Source: Alphaproteobacteria bacterium
Lineage (GTDB): Bacteria; Pseudomonadota; Alphaproteobacteria; GCA-2731375
Assembly: GCA_029937535.1 (NCBI GenBank)
Contig: JAPYPT010000003.1
Location: 1-56,006 of the forward strand
Length of the DNA: 56,006 nucleotides
Direction of reading: 5' to 3'
Numbering within the stretch: the first letter of the stretch is position 1; each line of letters starts with the position of its first letter. Positions 37,776 through 47,544 of the stretch are shown in pieces. Both the position numbers and the translations under genes were made by a program. Under the pieces are notes generated by a model that saw only the letters and a list, made by a program, of their open reading frames with translations, was not told the DNA's origin and did no database searches.

Positions 37776-38334
37776 TGTTGTCATTGCCGTCATTGCCGTT
37801 TGCGCCGCTGTCGCCGCCATCACTGCTGTCATGATCGGCGGGGTCCGCGATCACCACCCGCCCATGCGCCAGATCAATTTCCGGAACCGCCCCACGCTCG
37901 AATGGCACCATGATGGTCTCGTTCGAACCCTTGGGCTGTACTTCCAGCAGATCGCCAGCGCCAAAATCATGCATCGCCTTGACCCGGCCGAATTTTTCCC
38001 CGCCGGGCAATTCAACCGCCAAACCGATCAGATCGGCATGGTAATATTCTTCGTCCCCGACCGCCAGTTCCGGCAATTCCCCGCGCTCTACATAAAGCTT
38101 GGTGCCTTTCAGGCGCTCGGCATCGTTGCGGTTATTGATACCTGGAAGCGCCGCCAACAGGCCGCCCTTTGTCGGCCCCCGCAATGTCAATTCCACAACT
38201 GTGCCGCCGCCATCCCGCAACGGGCCGTAGGCAACCAAATCGTCCGGTGCTTCGGTATAGCTGCGCACCTTGACCAAGCCCTTGATGCCATGGGCGGCGA
38301 CAATCTCGCCCAATAACAGGCGTCCGTCTGCCAT
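37756..38334 (-). CDS. rimM: Ribosome maturation factor RimM with a low-complexity C-terminal tail
   Basis: [25 protein letters not shown] and FGAGDLLEV; located between rpsP and trmD. Confidence 0.95.
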   Translation of the reverse strand: MADGRLLLGEIVAAHGIKGLVKVRSYTEAPDDLVAYGPLRDGGGTVVELTLRGPTKGGLLAALPGINNRNDAERLKGTKLYVERGELPELAVGDEEYYHADLIGLAVELPGGEKFGRVKAMHDFGAGDLLEVQPKGSNETIMVPFERGAVPEIDLAHGRVVIADPADHDSSDGGDSGANGNDGNDNNDSGEK

Positions 38335-38360
38335 GCCCCGCACCGCGCCCAGCCAGGGCT

Positions 38361-38891
38361 TTATGCGTCCGCCGTGTCCTCGGTGGCGGCTTCCTCCGGC
38401 GCGGCGTCTTCAGCCGGAGCCTCTTCAGCCGGAGCCTCTTCGGCCGGAGCTTCTTCAGCCGGAGCTTCTTCAGCTGGAGCTTCTTCAGCCGGTGCCTCTT
38501 CAGCCGGTGCCTCTTCAGCCGGTGCCTCTTCAGCCGGTGCTTCGGCTGCCGCTTTTGCGGCTTCCGCCGCGGCGGCCAGGCGTTCCTGTGCCTTGGCCTT
38601 GGGCTTGGCTTTTTCCGGGTTGCTGCGTTGTGCCGGCATGGGGATGATTTCCGCCGTGCCGAGGAATTTCGCGACCCGGTCCGTCGGCTTGGCGCCCTGG
38701 CTCAGCCAATAGCGGATGCGCTCGTCCTTCAGCACTACGCGGCCTTCATTGTCCTTGGCCAACAGCGGATCATAGGTGCCCAGACGCTCGATATAGCGGC
38801 CATCGCGGGGCATGCGGCTGTCCGCCACGACAATACGATAATGCGGCCGTTTTTTTGCCCCGCCGCGGGCCAGTCTGATTTTCAATGACAT
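38361..38891 (-). CDS. rpsP: 30S ribosomal protein S16 with a long acidic tail
   Basis: [40 protein letters not shown]. Confidence 0.97.
   Translation of the reverse strand: MSLKIRLARGGAKKRPHYRIVVADSRMPRDGRYIERLGTYDPLLAKDNEGRVVLKDERIRYWLSQGAKPTDRVAKFLGTAEIIPMPAQRSNPEKAKPKAKAQERLAAAAEAAKAAAEAPAEEAPAEEAPAEEAPAEEAPAEEAPAEEAPAEEAPAEEAPAEDAAPEEAATEDTADA
38406..38540 (-). repeat. 15-bp tandem repeat x9 encoding the EEAPA tail of S16
   Basis: Nine units of approximately TCTTCAGCCGG(A/T)GC with only synonymous variation and no spacers. Confidence 0.92.
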
Positions 38892-38959
38892 AACAGTTTT
38901 CCTATTTCCTACTGAATTCCATATGCGGTCGTATTTAAATTTTCGCGGGCTGGCACAGG

Positions 38960-40339
38960 CTACCGGGGCGGCAGCATGCCGCCCATGCCCTGCATTTGCC
39001 CGCCCAGGCCCGGCAAGCCGCGCATCATGCCTTTTTTGCCCATCTTGGAGACCTTTTTCATCATCCCCGACATTTGTTTGAACTGCTTTAACAGGCGGTT
39101 GACTTCCTGCACCGAAGTTCCGGAGCCGGCCGCAATGCGTTTCTTGCGGGAGGCATGGATCACTTTCGGCTTCAGGCGTTCTTCCTGGGTCATGGACAGA
39201 ATGATGGCTTCCTGACGTTTGATAATCTTGGTATCGATTTTGGCTTCGGCCATTTGTTTCTTTATCTTGCCGACGCCGGGCAACATGGCCATCAGGCCAT
39301 CCAGGCCGCCCATCTTGGAAATCTGCCGCAGCTGATCCAGCAGGTCGTTCATGTCGAACTGGCCCTTTTGGATCTTTTTCGCCAGCTTTTCCGCTTCCTG
39401 CTCGTCAATGTTCTCGGTGGCTTTTTCGACCAGGCTGACGACATCGCCCATGCCAAGGATGCGGGAGGCGATGCGGTCGGGATGAAAGGTCTCCAGCTCG
39501 TCCAGCTTTTCGCCGACACCCAACAGCTTGATCGGGCAGCCGGTCACGGCCCGCATGGACAAGGCCGCGCCGCCACGGCCATCGCCGTCCACGCGGGTCA
39601 GGACAATGCCGGTCAGGTCTAGGCGCTTGCCGAATTGCTCGGCCACATTGACCGCGTCCTGGCCGGTCAGGCTGTCGGCCACCAGCAGGGTTTCCACGGG
39701 CTGGGCGACGCCATGGATGGCCTGAACTTCGGCCATCAGGGCCTCGTCCACATGCATGCGTCCGGCGGTATCCAGCAGGATGATGTCGTAACCTTGCAGG
39801 CGGGCAGCCTGCATGGCTCGCTTGGCGATATCGTTGGGGTTCTGGCCCTCGACAATGGGCAGGGTGGGCACGTTGATCTGTTCGCCCAGCACCTTGAGTT
39901 GTTCCATGGCCGCCGGCCGCCGGGTATCGAGCGAGGCCATCATGACCTTCTTTTTATCCCGCTCCACCAGGCGCTTGGCCAGCTTGGCCGTGGTTGTGGT
40001 CTTGCCCGAACCCTGCAGGCCGACCAGCATGATCGGCGCGGGAGGCACGGCGTTCAGGTTGATCTCCACCGCCTCCGAGCCCAGGGTTTGGACCAGGGTG
40101 TCGTTGACGATCTTGACCACCATCTGGCCCGGCGTGACGCTTTTTACGACCTCTTCCCCGACCGCGCGTTCGCGCACCTGGGCGATGAAATCGCGGGCCA
40201 CGGGCAGGGCGACATCAGCCTCCAACAGGGCCTGGCGCACCTCGCGCAGGGCCGCATCGACATCCCCCTCGCTCAGCGCCCCGCGCCGGGTAAGTTTGTC
40301 GAATACCGTCCCGAGACGGTCTGTCAGGCTATCGAACAT
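38960..40339 (-). CDS. ffh: Signal recognition particle protein Ffh
   Basis: [26 protein letters not shown] and Met-rich M domain. Confidence 0.97.
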   Translation of the reverse strand: MFDSLTDRLGTVFDKLTRRGALSEGDVDAALREVRQALLEADVALPVARDFIAQVRERAVGEEVVKSVTPGQMVVKIVNDTLVQTLGSEAVEINLNAVPPAPIMLVGLQGSGKTTTTAKLAKRLVERDKKKVMMASLDTRRPAAMEQLKVLGEQINVPTLPIVEGQNPNDIAKRAMQAARLQGYDIILLDTAGRMHVDEALMAEVQAIHGVAQPVETLLVADSLTGQDAVNVAEQFGKRLDLTGIVLTRVDGDGRGGAALSMRAVTGCPIKLLGVGEKLDELETFHPDRIASRILGMGDVVSLVEKATENIDEQEAEKLAKKIQKGQFDMNDLLDQLRQISKMGGLDGLMAMLPGVGKIKKQMAEAKIDTKIIKRQEAIILSMTQEERLKPKVIHASRKKRIAAGSGTSVQEVNRLLKQFKQMSGMMKKVSKMGKKGMMRGLPGLGGQMQGMGGMLPPR

Positions 40340-40477
40340 CAGCCGTTACCGTTCCACCAAATGCCGTGATTGGGCCCACGGGTTAAATGTCTTTAATGCA
40401 CGCAATAACCGGGCCGCACGCCCAATATATGCGCAAGCCTCGATCGCGGCGGTTTTTAGGCGCAACGGGGGTAGGTG

Positions 40478-41074
40478 TCAAGCGCGCGGTCGGCCTTGCG
40501 CGCGCTCCCAGTCCCGCCAATCAACGACACCGTGGTTCTGTACTTCCCCGACCGCCGCTGGCCCCGCGTGCCCACAGAATACGACAAGGTTTGAACAATC
40601 CCATCTGGCGTTGGGGACGAGAATGCCAGAGACGTCACCGGGCTCGGATGAACCGATGAAATTGGCGACTTCGGCAATTTCCTGGCATCGTGGGTACTCA
40701 CCCTGCCGATCCTGATAGGAAAGCTGACCGAACCGGTCGATATCGAGACCCAAACCGGCGAGATCATTGATTTCCGAAAGATCGAGCACGCCATCGATCC
40801 TCATCTGCAGTTCATGCAAGGTATAGCGTATTTTCGAGGGAAAGACAGGCTGCCCGCGTTTGAGATGAAAATACATCTCGGCAATCGCTCCGTCGCGCGC
40901 CATCGCGGTGTAAAGCACATCAAATGTACCGTCGTCCCACCGGTTTCCCGCAGCTGAACAAAGGCAGCGGTCCCGTCCCTCTCTGACCACCCGCCATAGG
41001 CGCCCGTCGAAGGGACATACCGGCAGCGATTCTAGAGCATCAATAAGCCGAATGTCGCGCGGGCTGAGCGCCAT
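40478..41074 (-). CDS. RES-domain toxin (MbcT/ParT-like)
   Basis: WRVVR, GNRWD, VLYTA, AIAEMY and ILVPNARW; ATG 41074 is 2 bp downstream of the antitoxin stop. Confidence 0.85.
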   Translation of the reverse strand: MALSPRDIRLIDALESLPVCPFDGRLWRVVREGRDRCLCSAAGNRWDDGTFDVLYTAMARDGAIAEMYFHLKRGQPVFPSKIRYTLHELQMRIDGVLDLSEINDLAGLGLDIDRFGQLSYQDRQGEYPRCQEIAEVANFIGSSEPGDVSGILVPNARWDCSNLVVFCGHAGPAAVGEVQNHGVVDWRDWERAQGRPRA

Positions 41075-41076
41075 TG

Positions 41077-41421
41077 CTACAAATAGCCATCGGAGTCCAA
41101 GCGATCGAGCACACGAAGCACTTCGATTGTCCGCTCCGCATTTATGAGGTCGATTGCACGCTCGCCGTCCAACTGCGGGTGACGGGCATGCAGCCAAGTG
41201 CGGATTTCCTCACTTGTATAGTAATCTTGCAGGCGTCCCACGACGTAATGAAGATCAGATAGGATCATTTCCTTGCGCGGTTGCGGTTTGATGATCCCGG
41301 TCCGCCAACGCGAAACCGTCGCTTTGGATACATCCGTGATATTTGCGATGTCCGTGCCGCGCAAACCGCCCAGATTTTCCAGATCTTCGATATTTCTTGC
41401 AATGGATGTCAAAACGCTCAT
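41077..41421 (-). CDS. Xre/MbcA/ParS-family antitoxin (HTH plus DUF2384-like C-terminus)
   Basis: HTH DIANITDVSKATVSRW; C-terminal WLHARHPQLDGERAIDLI. Confidence 0.85.
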   Translation of the reverse strand: MSVLTSIARNIEDLENLGGLRGTDIANITDVSKATVSRWRTGIIKPQPRKEMILSDLHYVVGRLQDYYTSEEIRTWLHARHPQLDGERAIDLINAERTIEVLRVLDRLDSDGYL

Positions 41422-41493
41422 GGCGGATCTTTCCTGAACAGCGCGCATTTAGGTTTCATTTTCAAATATAGTGAAACCCGAATGCGATATCAA

Positions 41494-42420
41494 TCAATTC
41501 TCCACCGTCGGGCGCACCTGCTCCATGAACAAGGTCATGGATTCTTCCAGTTGCGTGAGACTGCCGCAGCCGTTGAAGTTTAGTTGGAACTGATCCAGGC
41601 CGGCCTCGTCGCGGTATTTGGCGATATCGCTGGCCACATCCTCCGCGCTGCCGTGTCCCGTCAGCCTGTTGCCGTCGGGGCCGTGGGGGTCCTTGCCGGT
41701 GATCGCCGAGAAATTGACGCGGAAGCTCATGCGGATCTGCGGCGGCACCGTGCGTCCGATTTTGTCGCAGGCGGCCTCCAGATTGGCTTTGTGGGTGATC
41801 AGGTCGTCGAGCTTGGTGGGCACCGGCTGCCAGATAGTGGCGAATTCCGCCGCCCGGCGCAGGGCCGCCTTGGAAGAGCCGCCGATCCAGATCGGGGGAT
41901 GGGGTTGCTGGATGGGTTTCGGGGAACAATGCATATCCTCGAACTGATGATAGGCGCCCTGAAACGAGACCGGATCGGGGGCCCAGCAGGCCTGACAGAC
42001 CTTGATATATTCATCCGTCCTGGCGCCCCGGTCACCGTGGCTGACGGCAAGGGCGGCGAACTCGCTTTCCAGCCAGCCGGCGCCGAGGCCGAGGATAACG
42101 CGGCCATTGGAAAATTGGTCCAGGGTCGCCACGGTCTTGGCGACCAGAACCGGGTTGCGGTAGGGCATGATCAGGACCGAGGTGGCCAGCCTGATACGCT
42201 CGGTCCGGGCGGCGAGATAGGCCATGGTGGTCAAGGGTTCGTAGACGTTGCCCCATGACGCCACCATCTCCTCGTTGCCCTTGACGATCAGGTGGTCGTT
42301 CAACAGCACGGCGTCAAAACCAAGCGCCTCGGCCCGCTGGGCCGCCGTCACAATGGCCTCCGGCGTGGCGGGAAAGCCCAGATAGTCGGCATTGGGAATG
42401 CGGAAGGAAAACTGCATCAT
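41494..42420 (-). CDS. LLM-class oxidoreductase, probably F420-dependent Rv2161c-like
   Basis: GFDAVLLNDH, EPLTTMAYLAARTERIRLATSVL, ATLDQFSNGR, GAGWLESEF and PPIWIGG. Confidence 0.9.
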   Translation of the reverse strand: MMQFSFRIPNADYLGFPATPEAIVTAAQRAEALGFDAVLLNDHLIVKGNEEMVASWGNVYEPLTTMAYLAARTERIRLATSVLIMPYRNPVLVAKTVATLDQFSNGRVILGLGAGWLESEFAALAVSHGDRGARTDEYIKVCQACWAPDPVSFQGAYHQFEDMHCSPKPIQQPHPPIWIGGSSKAALRRAAEFATIWQPVPTKLDDLITHKANLEAACDKIGRTVPPQIRMSFRVNFSAITGKDPHGPDGNRLTGHGSAEDVASDIAKYRDEAGLDQFQLNFNGCGSLTQLEESMTLFMEQVRPTVEN

Positions 42421-42466
42421 TTATCCTCGAACCTATTTATCCTCGAGCCTATTTGTCTTCGAACTT
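42419..42466 (-). repeat. 16-bp tandem triplication spanning the SDR stop and the LLM RBS/start
   Basis: + strand ATTTATCCTCGAACCT / ATTTATCCTCGAGCCT / ATTTGTCTTCGAACTT. Confidence 0.85.
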
Positions 42467-43246
42467 TGGCGCGCTGGCGCTGCCGCCGCCGTCCACGGCA
42501 ATACGCTGGCCGTTGACATAGCTGTTGGTTTCGGAGACCAGAAAGCGCACCACGTTGGCGATGTCGTCGGGCTGGCAGACATGGCCAAAGGGCATATGGG
42601 CATCCAGCAGGCGCAGATCATCGATGCCCGAGCGGGCCTTGACCAGGCGGCGGCCCATGTCGGTCTCCACCAGTGGCGGGGCGACGATGTTGGTGCGGAT
42701 ATTATTTTTGTGTTCTTCCTTGGCCAGGGTAAAGGCCAGGGCCTCCATGGCCGCCTTGCCCATATTATAGGGTGCGCCGAAGGCGCCGTAGCTATCCGTG
42801 GCGACGGAGGAAATCATCACGATATCGCCCCTGTCCTGTTCGCGCATCATGGGCACCACCAGTTTCGACAGATAATGCGGACCAAAGGCATGCACCCGGA
42901 CCACGCGCTCCATCTCGGCCGGCTCCGTATCGGCAACGGACTGGCCCCGGCTGGCGATGCCGGCATTGTTAACCAGGATGCCGATGGGACCCATCTCGCG
43001 CCCAACATCGGCGACCATGGCCGTCACCTGTTCCAGATCCTCGACGGAGGCCTGAAAGGCTTGCGCCCTGCGCCCCAGGGCCTGAATTTCTGCCACCGCT
43101 TCCCCCGCCGACTCGCCGTCGCGCCGGTAGTTCACGGCGATATCGGCGCCATCCTTGGCCAGGGCCACGGCGATGGCGCGGCCAATGCCCCGGCCCGCGC
43201 CCGTAATCAGGGCGATGCGTCCTTCCAATGACATACTTGTCTCCAA
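42449..43246 (-). CDS. SDR-family oxidoreductase
   Basis: TGAGRGIG, NNAG and YNMGK (YxxxK). Confidence 0.93.
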   Translation of the reverse strand: METSMSLEGRIALITGAGRGIGRAIAVALAKDGADIAVNYRRDGESAGEAVAEIQALGRRAQAFQASVEDLEQVTAMVADVGREMGPIGILVNNAGIASRGQSVADTEPAEMERVVRVHAFGPHYLSKLVVPMMREQDRGDIVMISSVATDSYGAFGAPYNMGKAAMEALAFTLAKEEHKNNIRTNIVAPPLVETDMGRRLVKARSGIDDLRLLDAHMPFGHVCQPDDIANVVRFLVSETNSYVNGQRIAVDGGGSASAPKFEDK

Positions 43247-43349
43247 ATTTGGTTTCTGGTCTGATTGAGCGCCAAGATATCAGTCTCCTTGCCGGATGAG
43301 TAGGGATCAGTGATATCATTTTCCAGTATTGCACCAGGAGACACCGAAC

Positions 43350-44294
43350 ATGGGGAATACTGATATTCGGATCGAACGGCTGGGCCGGAATCTTGGCGCG
43401 CACGTGCACGGCGCGGATCTGTCCAAGCCGTTGGCGGATGCGGATTTCGCGATCATTCATGATGCCTTGGCGGAACATGAAATGCTGCTGTTCCGCGATC
43501 AGGATATCGATCCGTCGGCGCAACTCGCATTTGGCCGCCGCTTTGGTCCACCGTCGGTACATCCGTTTTCACCAAATATGGCGGAGATGCCGGAACTGAT
43601 CGTTTTGGACAATCACCACGCCAACCCGCCGCGTCTGACCGATATCTGGCATAGCGATGAAACCTTCCGCGCGGAGCCGCCCCTGGCGACGATCCTGCGC
43701 TCGACCATCACCCCGAAGCTAGGCGGCGACACCATGTTTGCCAGCATGTCGGCGGCCCATGACGGCTTGAGCGATCAATTACAGCAATTCCTGTCCGGCC
43801 TTGAGGCCATTCATGATTTCACGCCGTTCCGCACCTTGCTGGCCAGTGATGAGGACGGCCATCGCCGCCTGCGGGAACTGGAAGTTCAATTCCCCCTGCA
43901 ACCCCATCCCGTTGTCCGTGTGCATCCCGTTAGCGGCCGAAAGGTCATCTTCGTCAATCCACAATTCACAATTGGCATCAAGGGCATGGCGGAGGAGGAA
44001 AGCCGGCCCCTGCTGGCCATGCTGTTCGACCTGGCGAAAGTGCCGGAATATCAATACCGCCTGCACTGGAAAACCAACACCCTGGCGATCTGGGATAACC
44101 GGGCGGTGCAGCATTACGCCATTCACGACTATCACCCGCAGCGGCGCCGCATGGAGCGCATTACCATCAGTGGCGACAAACCGTTTGGCATCGACCATGG
44201 CCGGCAGATAACTTTGATCCCGCGCCAGCCCGTTGACAGTGAAACCCCGCCCGAAACCGATCGCGAGCCGGTCCGCCAAGTTGACCGCGGCTGA
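43350..44294 (+). CDS. TauD/TfdA-family Fe(II)/2-oxoglutarate dioxygenase
   Basis: WHSD (HxD), GGDTMF, HPVVRVHP, WDNRAVQHYA and RRMER. Confidence 0.93.
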   Translation: MGNTDIRIERLGRNLGAHVHGADLSKPLADADFAIIHDALAEHEMLLFRDQDIDPSAQLAFGRRFGPPSVHPFSPNMAEMPELIVLDNHHANPPRLTDIWHSDETFRAEPPLATILRSTITPKLGGDTMFASMSAAHDGLSDQLQQFLSGLEAIHDFTPFRTLLASDEDGHRRLRELEVQFPLQPHPVVRVHPVSGRKVIFVNPQFTIGIKGMAEEESRPLLAMLFDLAKVPEYQYRLHWKTNTLAIWDNRAVQHYAIHDYHPQRRRMERITISGDKPFGIDHGRQITLIPRQPVDSETPPETDREPVRQVDRG

Positions 44295-44340
44295 TGCTGG
44301 GGCCGCACGAGTGGTTTGAAAATTGGAGGCACGACACACC

Positions 44341-45444
44341 ATGACACCGCCCACGGATAGTTCCGAACCAAACGCCGGCTCCACGGATGGCTTGGTCTTT
44401 GTCGCCTGCGGCTTGGCGGCCGGATCGTCCGGCCATGAAAACCCCGAACGCCGGGAGGTCGTCTGCAACGGCAAGCACGTGAGAACCATTGATATCCACG
44501 CCCATTGCGCGGTGCCCGAGGCGCTGGCCCTGATGGGTCATGAGCTGGCCGGGCCGGGGTTGCGAGCCGACCTGGACATGGCGCGCGAGATCGATGTACG
44601 CATCAAGACCATGGACGAACAGGGTATCGACATGGAGGCCTTGAGCATCAACCCCAATTGGTACGGGGTCGGGGATCGGGATCTTGCGGCGCAAATCATC
44701 CAGCTTCAAAATCAGGCGTTGGCCCAGGCGTGCGCGGACAATTCCGACCGTTTCGTGGCCTTCGCCTCCGTCGCCTTGCAGTTTCCCGATCTCGCCGTTG
44801 AACAGCTTGAAGCGGGCGTGAAGGACTACGGGCTGCGCGGCGTGGCCATCGGCGGCAATGTCGCCGGCGACGAGCTCGCCGACCGGAAATTCGATCCATT
44901 CTGGGCCAAGGTCGAGCAGTTGGGCGTGCTTGCCTTCATCCATCCACAAGGCGATGGGGCTCCGGCGCAGTTGGCCTCGCGGTTCAAGGGCAACGGCTAT
45001 CTCAGCAACGTCATCGGCAATCCACTCGAAACCACCATTGCCCTCTCCCATTTGATATTCGAGGGCACCCTGGACAGATACCCGGGCCTGAAAATCTGCG
45101 CGGCTCATGCGGGCGGCTTCCTGCCCTCCTACGCCGGCCGTTTCGATCGCGGCGGCCCGGTGCGCCCCGATCTATCCCCCGGCGGGCCCCATGGCGCCAT
45201 CAACAAGGCGCCGTCGGAATACCTCAAGCAATTATACTTCGACACCATGGTCTTCCGGCCCGAAGGCGTGCGCCATTTGGTGGCGGAGGTTGGCGCCGGC
45301 CAGCTCATGGTGGGGACCGACTATCCCTATCCCTGGACGACGACGGCCATCGATCTGATCCTTGAAACACCGGACTTGAGTGATGCCGACAAGATCGCGA
45401 TCCTTGGCGGCACGGCCGCACGGTTGCTTGGCATCACACATTAA
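44341..45444 (+). CDS. Amidohydrolase-2 family protein (ACMSD-like decarboxylase/hydrolase fold)
   Basis: DIHAH (HxH), FIHP, AAHAGGFLP and GTDYPY. Confidence 0.9.
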   Translation: MTPPTDSSEPNAGSTDGLVFVACGLAAGSSGHENPERREVVCNGKHVRTIDIHAHCAVPEALALMGHELAGPGLRADLDMAREIDVRIKTMDEQGIDMEALSINPNWYGVGDRDLAAQIIQLQNQALAQACADNSDRFVAFASVALQFPDLAVEQLEAGVKDYGLRGVAIGGNVAGDELADRKFDPFWAKVEQLGVLAFIHPQGDGAPAQLASRFKGNGYLSNVIGNPLETTIALSHLIFEGTLDRYPGLKICAAHAGGFLPSYAGRFDRGGPVRPDLSPGGPHGAINKAPSEYLKQLYFDTMVFRPEGVRHLVAEVGAGQLMVGTDYPYPWTTTAIDLILETPDLSDADKIAILGGTAARLLGITH

Positions 45445-45472
45445 AGAGTGCCTCGAAAATGAAGGACCATCC

Positions 45473-46486
45473 ATGGGCGTGAGCGAATGGCGGGAAGCGG
45501 CTGGTTCGGGTCTTGGTGTCTCGTTCGAGGGTGGCGAGGCGGCGGCTGATCTGTCCGGCCTGGCCCGCCGGGCCGATAACGCCGGCGCCGATACGATGTG
45601 GCTGGCCAATCATCTGTTTCAGCGCGATCCCGTGGTGCAGGCGGCGATGGCGCTGTCCGCCACGGACAAGATCTCCGCCGCCCTGATGGCGATCTCTCCC
45701 TACGCGGTCCACCCCGTGCAGGCGGCCATGGCGGCGGCAACCCTGAACGAGCATTTTCCCAATCGAACCATATTGTGCCTGGGCGCCGGCGCGCCGGGCG
45801 ATATGGATGCCGCCGGCCTGGCCCGGCCCCGACCGCTCGCCACGCTGACGGAAAGCATCGATATCGCCAGGTCCTTGTTGGCCGGCGAAACCGTGCAGCA
45901 CCAGGGCGAACGCTTCACCGTTCGTGGCCGCGCGCTGGAAACCGGACCGCAGGAGGTGCCCATCGTCTTGGCGGCCACGGGGCAGGGGATGCTGGGGCTG
46001 GCCGGACGCCGGGCCGATGGCGTGTTGCTGTCGGCGGCAACCTCCGTGGAGTTCGTGCGCTGGTCGCTGGCCCAGGTGACGGAAGCCGCTGAAGGTAATG
46101 GCGGGCGCCGGGTGCGCCGGATCGGCCTGGTCTTCGCTTCGGTCGATGCGGATGAGGGCAGGGCCTACGGGCGTTTGAAACGCTTGCTGGCCTTCATTCT
46201 GCGCGGCGCCCACCATCGGGAAAATCTGGCAATGGGCGGCGCCGGGCTGGATCAGGGGGCGCTGTATGACGCCGTGGGGAAAGGTGATTGGGACCGCGCG
46301 GAGGCCCTTGTCAGTGACGAGGTGGTGGCCCGCCACACCGCCAGCGGCACGCCGGCGCAGGTGCGGGCCCGGCTGCATGACTATCACGGCGCCGGTTTGG
46401 ATGAAGTGGTGATCGCCGGGATGCGGGGCGAGGCGATGCTGACCGAGACCCTTGCCGCAACTCTGGCAAAAGAACCGGACCAATAA
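45473..46486 (+). CDS. LLM-class flavin-dependent oxidoreductase (Mer-like)
   Basis: RDPVVQAAMAL, HPVQAAMAAATL, LGAG, AATGQGMLGLAGRRADG and SGTPAQV. Confidence 0.87.
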   Translation: MGVSEWREAAGSGLGVSFEGGEAAADLSGLARRADNAGADTMWLANHLFQRDPVVQAAMALSATDKISAALMAISPYAVHPVQAAMAAATLNEHFPNRTILCLGAGAPGDMDAAGLARPRPLATLTESIDIARSLLAGETVQHQGERFTVRGRALETGPQEVPIVLAATGQGMLGLAGRRADGVLLSAATSVEFVRWSLAQVTEAAEGNGGRRVRRIGLVFASVDADEGRAYGRLKRLLAFILRGAHHRENLAMGGAGLDQGALYDAVGKGDWDRAEALVSDEVVARHTASGTPAQVRARLHDYHGAGLDEVVIAGMRGEAMLTETLAATLAKEPDQ

Positions 46487-46515
46487 CCAACTAAAATGAT
46501 TGAGGAGTTGTGGCG

Positions 46516-47526
46516 ATGATCGTGAGTGTTGGCTTTCCCACGGGGATGGAGGGTCTTACTTACCCGATCCCGTTTTCGGAACCCGAGGCCCTGTTGGCCA
46601 TTGCCCAGCATGCTGAGGCCTTGGGTTACCATTCGATCTGGGGCAACGACCACATGACCACCCAGCACTATGTGCAGGAAGAGTTCGGCCGGCCCCCGCG
46701 TTTTTGGGAAATATTGATGACCTATGCCTGGCTGGCCTCGCAAACCCGTAACCTGCGTTTCGGCACCGGCATTCTGGTGTTGCCCATGCGGCGGGATATC
46801 GTGGTCACCGCCAAGCAATTGGTCACCCTCGATCATCTGAGCGGCGGGCGGTTGGAACTGGGTGTCGGTGTCGGCGCTTATCGCGAGGAGTTCGAGGCCC
46901 TGTTGCCTGACGACGGCCACCATCGCGGAGGGATCGTCGAGGAAGGGGTGCGCGCCTTGCGCCTGTTGTTCACGGAGGAGCGGGCGAGCTTCGAGGGTGA
47001 GTTTTACCGCTTCCGCGACGTGGCGCTGTTTCCCAAGCCCTTGCAAGAAAATCTGCCGATTTATTTTGGCGGCAACAATGTCAATCAGTTGCGGCGGACA
47101 GCAGCGCTGGGCGATGGCTGGCTGCCCGCCGGCCTGCCCCTGGACCGGATCACCGCCGATATCGTCCACCTGCGCGAACTGTGTGACGAAGCGGGCCGGG
47201 ATTTTTCCAAGATCGCGGTGGCGCCACAATATATCGCCCTGGTCGATCATGATCACGACCGCGCGGTCGAACGCTTCAACCAATCGCAGATGCACAAACA
47301 TCTGGTCTCCCTGACCACCTCCACATTGAAGGAACAGGCCGGCATCTCCATGGTCGATGCCAATCTGGTCGGCACGCCGGGGGAAGTGGTGGAAAAGTGC
47401 CTGGCCCTGAAGGCGGCCGGCGTTACCCATCTTCTGGGTCTGTATTTCGCGGTCAACACGGTGCCTGAGTTGCTGGAGCAGATGACCCTGTTCGCCCAGG
47501 AAGTTGTGCCCTATCTCTCGGAATAG
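46516..47526 (+). CDS. LLM-class oxidoreductase, probably F420-dependent
   Basis: GYHSIWGNDH, LRFGTGILVLP, TLDHLSGGRLELGVGVG and PIYFGG. Confidence 0.9.
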   Translation: MIVSVGFPTGMEGLTYPIPFSEPEALLAIAQHAEALGYHSIWGNDHMTTQHYVQEEFGRPPRFWEILMTYAWLASQTRNLRFGTGILVLPMRRDIVVTAKQLVTLDHLSGGRLELGVGVGAYREEFEALLPDDGHHRGGIVEEGVRALRLLFTEERASFEGEFYRFRDVALFPKPLQENLPIYFGGNNVNQLRRTAALGDGWLPAGLPLDRITADIVHLRELCDEAGRDFSKIAVAPQYIALVDHDHDRAVERFNQSQMHKHLVSLTTSTLKEQAGISMVDANLVGTPGEVVEKCLALKAAGVTHLLGLYFAVNTVPELLEQMTLFAQEVVPYLSE

Positions 47527-47544
47527 CCACGGAGGAGCAAGACA

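Noticed and set aside
38406-38540. Regular short repeats resembling a CRISPR array
   Set aside because: There are no unique spacers; the units are in-frame codons of the rpsP tail; no cas genes are present
41032-41040. CTAGAGCAT matching the element terminus
   Set aside because: It lies inside the RES coding sequence with no following hairpin or linker; a chance match
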